Assembly (NCBI GenBank): GCA_007131165.1
Contig: SLRB01000164.1
Location: 1 to 39,374 of the forward strand
Direction: 5' to 3'
DNA from: Bacteroidales bacterium
GTDB taxonomy: Bacteria; Bacteroidota; Bacteroidia; Bacteroidales; PUMT01
Length of the DNA stretch: 39,374 nucleotides
This document shows positions 9,523 through 20,100 of the stretch, piece after piece. The notes under the pieces were generated by a model. That model was not told the origin of the DNA, searched no databases, and was given only the letters and a program-made list of their open reading frames with translations. The translations under genes were made by a program, and so were the position numbers. Numbering within the stretch: the stretch's first letter is position 1; the number at the start of each line of letters is the position of its first letter.

Positions 9523-9889
9523 CTTAAATGCAGTTTAGTTTTGTTTCCACCGGTCGTAGTATTGCCCGGGAGACTTATGATACGCCTTGCCGCCCGCAGG
9601 GATACGATCAGGGCAGTGGCAATTGTCCCCCCCGGCCTGCCGTTTGTGTCATGCCGCATGACTGCCTGCGTCACTCTCTTGTGTGTCTTTGGTCACTTTT
9701 CAAAATTTTTGGCAAGAGTTTCAGTCCTCATGGCAAGGTTAACCTGATGTGTCAGCACCGATTCCTGTAACTTAACGGGTAACATGCAATACCCGATTTT
9801 TACGGGGCTGTCACCAGAAAAAAATGTCCTGATGGGAATTTTAACAGTCCTAACCCCCTGCTCTGTATATAACCGATTATAAATATTGT

Positions 9890-9897
9890 TACCTTTA
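9890..9897 (+). promoter_or_regulatory. -7 box variant (TACCTTTA) for the Crp/Fnr gene
   Basis: One mismatch to TAnnTTTG, about 50 nt before the ATG. Confidence 0.4.
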
Positions 9898-9947
9898 CGG
9901 GCTAAAGATCGGACAGAAACGGGGGGGGAGTATTATGATGGAGTATC

Positions 9948-10655
9948 ATGAGAAACCACAAATGCAGCAGTGATGAGATTGGATCATTGATTGCACGAAA
10001 CAAACGAACTGAAGAACTTTTCGGTATTCTTACAGGCGAGGAAACCCTGGTTGCAAAAAAGGCAATGGCTAGGGTTGACTACGGAAAAAAGGAGGTGGTG
10101 ATCAAGGGCGGAGTTCCCGTGTCGCATGTCTATTTCCTGGTAGAGGGCCTGCTTGATGTCTCACAGGCCGGATCAGGAGAACAGGCAATACTGAACTACA
10201 TACTGCCGGGCGATTGTTTCGGAACCTGCTGCACTGCCGATGAAAAGGCATACAACTTCACCGTTTCGGCCTGCAGTGACAGCACCGTACTGGCGATTAA
10301 CAAGGAGGACTTTCATATCCTTTTGTTTTCCAATAAAAACTTCATGTACCGTATACTGCAGCTGACAGCCCAGAATCAGGTTGCAGTTTACCAAAGACTG
10401 GCCTCTTCAATGGTCAACAGGCTCCCGGGCAGGATTGCCCGGGCACTCCTGTTCTTCTCCGAAAAGGTTTTCCGGGCAGACAGTTACATCCTGCCGGTAA
10501 CCAAAAAAGAGCTTGCCAGATATGCAGGCGCATCAAGGGAACGGCTCCACAGGACCTTGTGCCAGTTTGACGATGACGGGATTATCAGTCTGTCCGGCAA
10601 CACCATCAGGATAATCAAACCCGGAATGCTGGCCAGGCTGGCAGTCCACGGCTGA
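9948..10655 (+). CDS. Crp/Fnr family transcriptional regulator
   Basis: cNMP-like beta-barrel (Y.KKEVVI..G.....VYF..EG, PGDCFG), RIARALL, and C-terminal HTH TKKELARYAGASRERLHRTL..F..DGII. Confidence 0.9.
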   Translation: MRNHKCSSDEIGSLIARNKRTEELFGILTGEETLVAKKAMARVDYGKKEVVIKGGVPVSHVYFLVEGLLDVSQAGSGEQAILNYILPGDCFGTCCTADEKAYNFTVSACSDSTVLAINKEDFHILLFSNKNFMYRILQLTAQNQVAVYQRLASSMVNRLPGRIARALLFFSEKVFRADSYILPVTKKELARYAGASRERLHRTLCQFDDDGIISLSGNTIRIIKPGMLARLAVHG

Positions 10656-10706
10656 AAGCACCCGCCGCGGCACTTAATATCATCAGGCCGGACCGGCCGG
10701 GGGCAC

Positions 10707-11699
10707 TCAGTAAAGCCTTTCCGAAACGCAACGGAGGGTCATGCCGGATGATTTGGTATAGCGGCTGAAGGCATAGTGGAACATCGTGCTTGACCCCCCG
10801 TAAAAATAGAGGTATTTGCCATATGTGTCATTATGCTGTGAACCTGTCCAGTATGCACCATAAACTCCCCGTCCGGTAAGCATTCCGTCATCAGGATCGA
10901 GCAGTCCCGCAGCATGCACCCGGAGCTCAGACTCGAAGGCGTGGGTGGAGCTGTTCCATCCATCTTCCCTGTGCACCGTCTCCCACTCCTCTCCGGTCGG
11001 GAGGCGCCATCCATGCCCCAGCAGAAGGGCGCAGGGATCACCGGCCGGCAGCCAGTCGCTGTCCTCTTCAATCCCGGTCATCCATTCCGGTGCCTGTTCC
11101 GGCAGTGTTCCCGTTACCAGGTATCCCCTCTTGTTGTTGAACTGCCAGTACCAGCCTGCCGCCTCCGGAGAATCATCGGTGGGAGACGACGCCGGCCTTG
11201 AAGCACCCAGATTCTGTACGATCCAGCACCTGGGTTCGCCGCTAAGAGACGACTTTACAGTTTGGTAGGTCACTGTTGAACTTTCGGGAGCCACATCGCC
11301 TGCAGAGTGTGAAACAGTAATATCCTCGCACGCCGTTGTGAAGCTTACCTCCTCACCGTAAGCTATGCCTTCTGAATTGACGGCATATGCGCGCACGAAA
11401 TATCTCACCCTGTAATCCAGGCCGGTCATGTAACTTTGAAAGGTACCCAGACCGGGCTTTTCTTCGGTAAGTCCCGAGTTTATATCAATGGTCGGGCCGG
11501 GAGAGGCACTCCACACAATACCCGCGCGGGTTATCTCCCGGTTGCCGTCACCGTAAACATGACCCCCGCTCCTGGCAGAGTTTGAAGATATTTCCCGCAC
11601 TTCAAGGGTAACAAGGTTTGGTGGGGCTATTCTCTCTTCCCTTCCACATCCGGCAAATAACACCGGAAGTGCTGCTATAATAAATGGAAGTGTTCTCAT
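10707..11699 (-). CDS. surface lipoprotein: FN3-like domain plus Fib_succ_major/C-type-lectin-like domain
   Basis: Lipobox LFAG|C followed by GREE. The FN3-like part reads SA.SGG.V...G...IT..GIVWS....PT...Y.VRAYA.N..G.AYGEE.SFTT. The C-terminal part has W..QNLGA, G.YWQF, DPC....GWRLPT..EW, G.YW and G..LRCV. Confidence 0.7.
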   Translation of the reverse strand: MRTLPFIIAALPVLFAGCGREERIAPPNLVTLEVREISSNSARSGGHVYGDGNREITRAGIVWSASPGPTIDINSGLTEEKPGLGTFQSYMTGLDYRVRYFVRAYAVNSEGIAYGEEVSFTTACEDITVSHSAGDVAPESSTVTYQTVKSSLSGEPRCWIVQNLGASRPASSPTDDSPEAAGWYWQFNNKRGYLVTGTLPEQAPEWMTGIEEDSDWLPAGDPCALLLGHGWRLPTGEEWETVHREDGWNSSTHAFESELRVHAAGLLDPDDGMLTGRGVYGAYWTGSQHNDTYGKYLYFYGGSSTMFHYAFSRYTKSSGMTLRCVSERLY

Positions 11700-11821
11700 G
11701 ACCGGCTCTATTTACATGATGCAGAACTACGTAAGCATAATTGGCATGTCAGCCTTAAAGCCGACAGGATCGCTGTTTGGGGGAACTGTCAGCTGGCGGC
11801 AGTAAATGCTGCTACCTGGTT

Positions 11822-12667
11822 TCAGGTATAAAACATGGCAGATACATAACTCACAACATCTGAAGAGGTCCTGACCGATCCGGAATCTCCCCTGCTCAGG
11901 ATCCGGACCTTGTAACCGGGATCAATTATTGCCGAATACTCCATCAATGCCATTATGGGGCCAAACCCGCAAACGGATAGCTCGTATTCCAGTGCTGCCT
12001 CATAAACACCCCGGCTGTCTTTGCCTGTTACTGCTCTTAGCATTATATCATCCTTTTCCCTGGCTTCTTCTTTAGAAACAAAATGAGAAAAGTCGGAGGA
12101 GGCAATCAGCAGGATGCGCCTGCCGGTCTTTCTCACAGCAGTGTGAATTCTCCCTGCCGCTTCAACTGCCGCATCATGATCCTGGTCAAGCATGTTCAGG
12201 CTGACAATCTGCGTACTCCCGGGAAAAAAATATTTTATATACGGCACTATCACCTCGGCCGAGTGTTCCCTGCGCTGTGCAGCCTGCGAAAAGGGCAGTT
12301 TCATCTCCCCGGCAAATTCAAGGTCTGTCTCCACCGTTCCATTGGGTACCTGCCAGAAGGCATGGTTGTCGACCGATATGGGCGGGCCAAGTCCGTAATG
12401 GTTCGGATGGACAATAACAATTGTTTCGGCAATGAACATGTTACTCCTGGCCGCTTCGAAGAAATGTACCGCCTGGTTTCCGCAATACTCAATGCCGGCG
12501 TGAGGCACAATACCACCAAGCACTGCACCGGGGACAGACGATTTGTCAATCTTCGGCTCTTCTTCCTTCAGGAGCTTTTCCACCAGCCTGTTGAGCTCAT
12601 CCCTGCCGGAAGGATAAAACATGCCGGCAACACCTGGGGGCCTGGTATTTGTTTTTTCTGTATCCAT
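11822..12667 (-). CDS. amrB: AmmeMemoRadiSam system protein B (MEMO1 family)
   Basis: R.PGVAG.FYP, G.VPHAG..Y.G, PNH, EHSAEV..P, IASSDFSH, SVCG.GP and VVSY. The start is probably 12667 (or 12682) rather than 12727. Confidence 0.9.
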   Translation of the reverse strand: MDTEKTNTRPPGVAGMFYPSGRDELNRLVEKLLKEEEPKIDKSSVPGAVLGGIVPHAGIEYCGNQAVHFFEAARSNMFIAETIVIVHPNHYGLGPPISVDNHAFWQVPNGTVETDLEFAGEMKLPFSQAAQRREHSAEVIVPYIKYFFPGSTQIVSLNMLDQDHDAAVEAAGRIHTAVRKTGRRILLIASSDFSHFVSKEEAREKDDIMLRAVTGKDSRGVYEAALEYELSVCGFGPIMALMEYSAIIDPGYKVRILSRGDSGSVRTSSDVVSYVSAMFYT

Positions 12668-12879
12668 GGCAGGTAATGACATTCCTTTTACACACCGGAA
12701 TCTATAAGTGCAAGTTAGTAAAATCAATTTTCAATAACAAGACCCTCCGGTATATCACCCTGGCAGTGGCAATCATGCAACAGGCACTTATACGGCAGCA
12801 GGCTATCTCTCAGTATCCTCAGCATGGGGCAGCATTTTCAAGCGGGGGCATTCAAAACAGCAGTGTTCGCCGGCAGGAG

Positions 12880-13890
12880 TTACCCGGTAATTGCCACACC
12901 TGCTCCGCACCGGCGGCAGTTGCCATGCTCATCAATCCCCTCCGGCGATGCCCGGTAGCCTGTCCTGTTGATGACAACTTTACTGCAGCCTGCACACCTG
13001 GTATCGCCGTTTCCTTCAACCGGCGCCATGTTTCCCGTATAGACATAATGGAGACTTTCAGCGGCAATCCCATAAAACCTCTCCATCAGAGGCAGCGGAG
13101 TGGGTGGTGCATCATAGTGCCATGACGGGAAATACCTTGAGATATGCAGCACTGTATCTGCACCCAGTTCTCCCGCTATCCACCCGGTCATCTCCCTGAA
13201 GCTCTCCTCATTATCGTTCAGCCCCGTAACGACAAGATGGGTGATCTCCAGGTGCAGTCCGCGTCTCCTTATAGCCCTGAGTGTCTTTTTCACGGGTGCA
13301 AGCATTCCGCCGGCAACATCACGGTAGAAGTCATCGCTAAACGATTTGAGGTCAATGTTAAACGCATCGGCAACTTCCAGCAGCTCATCAAGGGGCCGGC
13401 TGTTTACATATCCGTTGCTTACCACCACGTTCTTCATACCCCGGTCCCTGGCAAGTACAGCTATGTCATACATGAACTCATACCATACCACCGGTTCATT
13501 ATATGTATAAGCAATCCCGGCGTTGCCCGGCATGCCGTATGCTTTAGCTGCAACCTCTGCCGGAGTGGTATACTCCAATGCAGGTGTCCCGCTAACAGCT
13601 GCCTGCGAGATAGTATAGTTCTGGCAAAACGTACACCTGAAATTGCATCCCATCGTGCCGACTGAAAAGATATCCCTTCCGGGGAAGAAGTGATATAAAG
13701 GTTTCTTCTCAATGGGATCGGCCGACATCGATACCGGATAACCGTAGGCGGAAGACCAGAGCCTGCCTTCTTCGTTTATGCGCACCCCGCATTTGCCCTG
13801 GCCGCCCTCGCTAATCGTGCAGGAATGAGGGCAAAGTGAACATGTTACCTTCCTGCCGGCACCTGTTTTGTAGAAGCGTGCTTCCTGCAT
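12880..13890 (-). CDS. amrS: AmmeMemoRadiSam system radical SAM enzyme
   Basis: CSLCPHSC...GKCGVR, DPIEKKPLYHF.PG, radical SAM CNFRCTFCQN, AYTYNEP, VSNGY, NIDLK, LHISRYFP, YVY.GN and C-terminal CxxC...CxxC. ATG at 13890 preferred. Confidence 0.95.
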   Translation of the reverse strand: MQEARFYKTGAGRKVTCSLCPHSCTISEGGQGKCGVRINEEGRLWSSAYGYPVSMSADPIEKKPLYHFFPGRDIFSVGTMGCNFRCTFCQNYTISQAAVSGTPALEYTTPAEVAAKAYGMPGNAGIAYTYNEPVVWYEFMYDIAVLARDRGMKNVVVSNGYVNSRPLDELLEVADAFNIDLKSFSDDFYRDVAGGMLAPVKKTLRAIRRRGLHLEITHLVVTGLNDNEESFREMTGWIAGELGADTVLHISRYFPSWHYDAPPTPLPLMERFYGIAAESLHYVYTGNMAPVEGNGDTRCAGCSKVVINRTGYRASPEGIDEHGNCRRCGAGVAITG

Positions 13891-14152
13891 AGGCCAAATG
13901 TTTACTGCCAAGTTATAAAAATTAGCCGGTTATAAAGCAGGGCACAAAGGCTTTTTCGGTTTAACTTTTAAAATGCAGACTGTTAACACCGGTTAGGCCG
14001 CACCCGTACACCTGACACGGACTGTCATGTTACCTGCCAGAGGTGATGCAAATCAACCTTTTTCCCCCAACTATAAACAAAAACCTGCGTAAAAAACTAA
14101 ACACATTCAACATTTTAAAAAAAATAAAAAAACATTACAAGACTATATTTCA

Positions 14153-17100
14153 ATGACATATCCCCTCACACCCCTGCCCTGGCACACACCATGCATCAGA
14201 ATTCTAATGATTTTGACCATGTGGATCATGGCCGTAACAGCATGGAGCCAGGATCCGGAGTGGGATGAAGTAGTAACAATATGTCATGATACATATATAC
14301 TGGAAGCAGACATAAGTTCCAGCGGTACAGGGGGAGAAGGCTGGCAGCTTCTGGGAGGGAGCGGAAGCTTTGACCCGCTGGATACAAGAATAACTACAGT
14401 CACAGGAATTGGCATGGGTGAAAACCGTTACTGGTATGACGGGCCGGGAAACCATGACTATTATATTATGGTAATCCGCGTAGAACCGCCGGTTTTCACT
14501 CTTACCGCCCCTGAAACATTCTGCGGTTCAGATGATATAATAACACTCACACTCTCGGGCTCCGATTCAGACTATCATTATAACCTTTACAGAAACGGGG
14601 CATTGTTCATTGAAGGAACTCCCGGTACGGGCGACCCGTTAACCTGGATTGTCGATGAGCCGGGAACATTTACAGCTGAGGCGGTGCTCAACATGGCGAA
14701 CAGCGATTGCCGGGTATGGATGAATGGCGAGGTTGATGTGATTATCGCACCCCTCCCACAGGTATATCAACTCATTGCACCTCATGGTAATGATATGTGT
14801 GAGGGTTCGCAGGCCACTCTTACCCTTGACGGCTCTGACCCGGGCATAAGTTACCAGCTCTATCTGGGTAATGAGGCGTACGGCACTGCCCGCGGAGGGA
14901 CAGGAGACCCCGTTTCCTGGAGCGTTTCGGAAGCAGGCAGCTACCACGTCGTGGCTGTTGATAACATGACAGGCTGCACGGAAACCATGGAAGGCACTGT
15001 ATCACTAACAGAGCTCCAGTCACCTCAATCATGGCCCTTATCTCCTTCATCGGCAAGCTACTGTGGTGGTGCTGGCGGTTCTGTAACATTAACCCTTGGG
15101 GGCTCACAGACAGATGTAAGCTATCAGCTACTGAGATATGGCAACCCCGTGGACGGATCGCTGCTGGCCGGCACCGGCGGGCCTCTGGAATGGGATGTGT
15201 CTCTGTACGGTCCCTATACCGTTATTGCAACAGATGACATAAACAATTGCCAGTCGCAAATGGATAATGCGGCAGTTGTCTCGCGGCTTACAAAATACAG
15301 TGTCGGCTCTTCGGCAAGCTACTATTGTGAAGGTGAAGGCGGGGTGGATATCACCCTGGGGGGCTCCCAGTCCGGGGTAACATACCGCTTGTACAGGGAC
15401 GGGCACTTCAACAGTTCTAAACCGGGAACAGGGAACCCGCTTACCTGGGAGAACATGAAAGCCGGAACATACCTGGTTTATGCCAGAAAAGACGGTATCG
15501 ATTGCCTGATGGGAGAAACAACGGTTTCTGTTATTACATTTGACGCCAACCTCTTAGATCCTGTTGATGCTATATGCCAGGGAGACCAGGCGCAACTCAA
15601 TGCCACAGGCGGAGAACACTATTTATGGGAGCCCTCTGAAAGCCTCAGCAATAATACGATAGCCGACCCGGTGGCAACCCCGTCGGTTACCACGGAATAC
15701 ACGGTTACCATTACCGATGAATACGGATGCCAGGCATCCCGGTCGGTAACGGTAACCGTACACAGTGTGCCTGTTGCAAATGCCGGCAGCAACAGGACAA
15801 TCTGTTTTGGGGAATCGGTCAGGCTGAACGCGACAGGGGGCACAACCTACCACTGGTCGCCCGCAGAAGGGTTGAGTGCAACAGATATTCCCGATCCGGA
15901 GGCATCACCGGTATCAACAACCCAGTATACAGTAGCTGTTTTCAACGACCAGGGGTGTATGTCGACCGATAAAGTAACTGTTACCGTAAACCCGGTACCC
16001 ACGGTAAATGCAGGTCCTGATGTATCGATATGTGAAGGCGAAGGAACAACCCTTGAGGTAACGGGTGATGCCGGCAGCTACGAGTGGAGTACCGGCGAGA
16101 CTACCGGAAGCATCGCAGTCAGTCCGTTAAGTACCTCTGTCTACAGGGTTACCGGTACATACACTGATACCGGGTGTTCTGCATCAGACGAGGTCAGGGT
16201 TGAAGTCTCGCCCCTGCCCATGGAGTTTGCGGTGACAGGCGGCGGCAGCTTTTGCGAAGGTACAGGCGGATTGCCTGTAGGCCTGAACGGTTCGGAACCA
16301 GGAGTAAATTACTCCCTTTACCGGAACGGCGAATACTCGGGCCCTACCATAGCGGGCGACGGCAATGCCATATCTTTTGGCAATAAGGACATGGAGGGAA
16401 TATACACCGTTTCGGCAATGAATACAGCTTCAGCCTGCACTTACCAGATGGCAGGCCATGCAGAGCTGGTCAAAAACAGGCTGCCCGGCCCTGCACAGTC
16501 AGTTACCGGCAGCAATCCGGTCTGCCCCGGCAGCACGGTTGAATATTCCGTTGCTGAGATTGCCCGTGCTGAAAGCTACAGGTGGGACCTTCCGCCGAAC
16601 GCAACCATAACCGCGGGCAACGGTACCCGTAATATCACGGTATACTATCCGGCAAATGCAGTATCAGGAACGATTTCGGTAAGAGGGGTAAACGACTGCG
16701 GCGAGGGTACGTCATCCGGAGCAGACATCACCGTACGCCTCCTTCCTGAGCCGGCCGGGGTTATTACAGGTGAAACGGTTGTTTGTGAAGGCACCTTCAA
16801 TATCAAATACACCATTGAACCGGTTGCAAATGCAACATCATACCAGTGGGAGCTCCCCCCGGGGGCAATATTGTACAGTACCAGTGTGGATGAAACGCAG
16901 ATCATAGCAGACTATCCCGGGGGCAGCATTACCGGAGATATAACGGTAACACCGGTAAACAGCTGCGGGATGGGCGAACAGGCTTCGCTCGCCATTACGG
17001 TAAACCCCGTTCCCAATCTTACTTTGAGCGAACCGGCAGACGAACTCGACTGTTCAGACAACAGAGTAACCCTGTCAGCATCCTCATCTACCCCTGGCGT

Positions 17101-20100
17101 CAGCTGGTCGTGGACGGCACATAACGGCGGGAATATTACAGGCGGAGCCGGTACAAACCAGCCTGAAGTGAATATGCCCGGAACATACCGTGTAAGTGCA
17201 ACTGCCGGCGGATGCAGTGCCCACGGCGAGATCCGGGTAACACGCAATACTGAAGCACCCGAAGATGTCAAAATCACCAGGTCGGGCGACAGGATAACAT
17301 GCAACGACCCGCTGATGACCCTTACCGCATCAACGACCAGTACTTTTGAGGTAACCTACTCATGGAGCGCCAGCGGGGGAGGGAATATCGTTTCGGGCGA
17401 AAATTCAGCCACGCCGGTGATTGACAGGGGAGGTTACTACACTGTCGTTGCAACCAGTTCAGAAACCTCCTGTATGGCATCACCCGTTACCATATTGATA
17501 GATGAGGATACCGTAAGCCCCGACCTGAGTGATATGGATCTGCTGGTATCAGGAGATATCTCCTGCCTGAATAGCCAGGTTCAGCTTTCTGCAGATCCCC
17601 CGCTCTCAGGCAGTTTTGTATGGTCTTCGGACGACGGAAACATAGACAATCCGCTTTCTCCCTCTCCTTATGCTGATTCTCCAGGGATCTACACGGTAAC
17701 AGTAACAGGAGACAACGGCTGCAGTGCAGAAAAAGCGGTACAGGTATTTTCAGACTACCGGGCCCCTGAAAATATTTGGGTGAACATGAACCCCGGAACC
17801 CTTAATTGCCTTGACGATGAAGTCGTGCTCGAAGGCAGCTCAACAACTGAAGGTGCCCAATACCAGTGGACCGGACCTGGCATTGTTTCGGGCGAAACAA
17901 CGGCCACCCCGGTGGTAAACCTGCCCGGCGAATACACGATGACCGTTACACACCCCGAAAGCGGCTGTACAGGGGAAGCACCGGTTACAGTTGAGGAGGA
18001 TCTGGCAAGTCCCTCTGTAAGCTTTCCCAGCCTACCCGGCACCATAACATGCAATAACCCCTCAATACAGCTGGAAAGCCATACATCGGCCGCCGATCCC
18101 CTCTATGAATGGTTTGACAACAACAATAACCTTATTGAAGGCCAGACAACAGGTACACTCACAGTTACCACGGGAGGCACCTATACACTGAGGGTAACAG
18201 ACCAGGCTAACCACTGCCGGGCTGAAAGCAGCATTACGGTTAAAGAAGATACCACTCCTCCAGGTGCCTCCATAACTGCACCTGCGGCCATAACATGCAA
18301 TGATCCTGAGATCACCCTGCACGGATCATCTCCGGCCGGAGGTGTTACCCCGTTGTGGACCACAACCGGCGGGAATATAGTTACCGGAAGCACTTCATTC
18401 AATCCGTCAGTTAATTCCGCAGGCAGCTATTTGCTTACGGTTACAGATCCCGGTAACGGGTGCAGCTCCGAAGCGCTTGTTATTGTTCAGGAGGACAAGG
18501 AACCTCCTGTTATAGTAAACTTCACCACAGCCCCTTCTCCTTTAAGCTGCATAAATAATTTGACAGAATTAACCGGCAATGCAGCCAATGCAACACTCTT
18601 GTGGAGCGGACCGGAGGGAGCGGCCATAAGCGACCCGTCGGCACCGGCAACTTATGCAGATACTCCCGGAATCTACAGGCTTACGGCTACCAACACAGGA
18701 AATGGTTGCGAAGCATACAGGGAAGCAGAAGTTACAATGGTTGAAGATATACCCGAAGGCCTGGAAATACTGCCGTTTGAAAACCTCAGTTGTGCCCGGG
18801 AAACAACCACACTCACTGCAACTTCATCAACAGCCGGAACAACTTTCCGGTGGGAAGCCGGCGAAGAAGGCACGATCCTCTCCGATCCCGGACATGAAAC
18901 AGTAACCATAGGGTCGGCCGGAACATATACTGTGTATGCTGCCCATCCGGTTACCGGATGCGAGACAGAAAGCACGGCTGAGGCAGGATTCCTTTCTGCC
19001 GCCCCAACAATAAACCTGCCTGCCGGACTTCCGGAAAAGATTACATGTAATAACCTGTTGACCGGGGTGCAACTCAGCGCCACTGTAGAACCAGCCGGAG
19101 CAGCGCTGCTGTGGGAAGGCCCGGGGACAATTGATAATCACACGACTGACAGCCCTACTGTTTATGAACCCGGCCTTTATACCATTACTGCGGCTCACCC
19201 TGAGACCGGCTGCACATCGTTCAAAACACTCGAAGTTAAAAGCAATATGGTTTCACCCGAAATCATCTCTTTCAATGGTCCGGGAACCGTTACGTGTGCC
19301 GAACCCGGAATTACAATCAGCCCTGAACTTTCTGAAGGTTCGTTTTCTTACCGGTGGGCAGAAGCATCGGCAGATGCAACAATAAAGGGCTCAGAAACGA
19401 ATAAAGCGGTCGTGGTTACTTCAGGAGGAATTTATACACTCACGGTAACCGACCTCGTTAACGGATGCGAAACATCAAAAAGCGTGGCAATTGATGAAGA
19501 TAAGGTTAAACCGGGAATATCGGTCGATGACAATCCCCCCGACATAACCTGCAAAAACAGCCTCTCCGGACTTTACGGGACCAGCGCGACATCAGGTGTT
19601 GCTTATCTGTGGGATGGTCCGGGAAACATTATCAATCCTGCAACCGAAACACCCACAGTCGACCAGCCGGGAACATATACCCTTACGGTAACCGACATGG
19701 CAAACGGCTGCATATCAACGGCATCTGTAACAGTTGGTGAAAACAAGGTGCCTCCCCCGGCCCCCGCGGTTTTAGACCCGGAGGAGCTGTCATGCAATAA
19801 TGAATGGACGGAATTGCAGGTTTCTCCATATATCGAAGGGGTGGACTATCACTGGTCTGCTAACGGTACCGGTACAATTATTAACGGAAACACCGATGTT
19901 GCGGCTGTAAACTCACCAGGAACATATACTGTAACGGTAACCGACCGCATAAACGGCTGTACAAGCTCTGCAGAGGTTACTGTATCAATGAATGAAGAAG
20001 TACCGGATGTGGCAATAACGGGCGGACCCTATATGATCACCTGTGCAACCACCTCCCTTACGATCACCGGAAGCAGCCCGGATGGTGCAAACCCGGTCTG

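Noticed and set aside
9528-9770. Short ORFs and a possible c-di-GMP (GEMM) riboswitch in the cheW leader
   Set aside because: The ORFs have no recognisable motifs. A GACGCA is present on the minus strand, but the GGCAAAC...GAAA stem and the second hairpin are missing.
12083-13665. Plus-strand ORFs of 197, 158 and 173 aa
   Set aside because: They overlap amrB and amrS on the opposite strand and have no domain features.
13912-14152. Invertible promoter or phase-variable A-tract upstream of the giant gene
   Set aside because: No flanking inverted repeats or recombinase, and A-rich leaders are normal in Bacteroidota.
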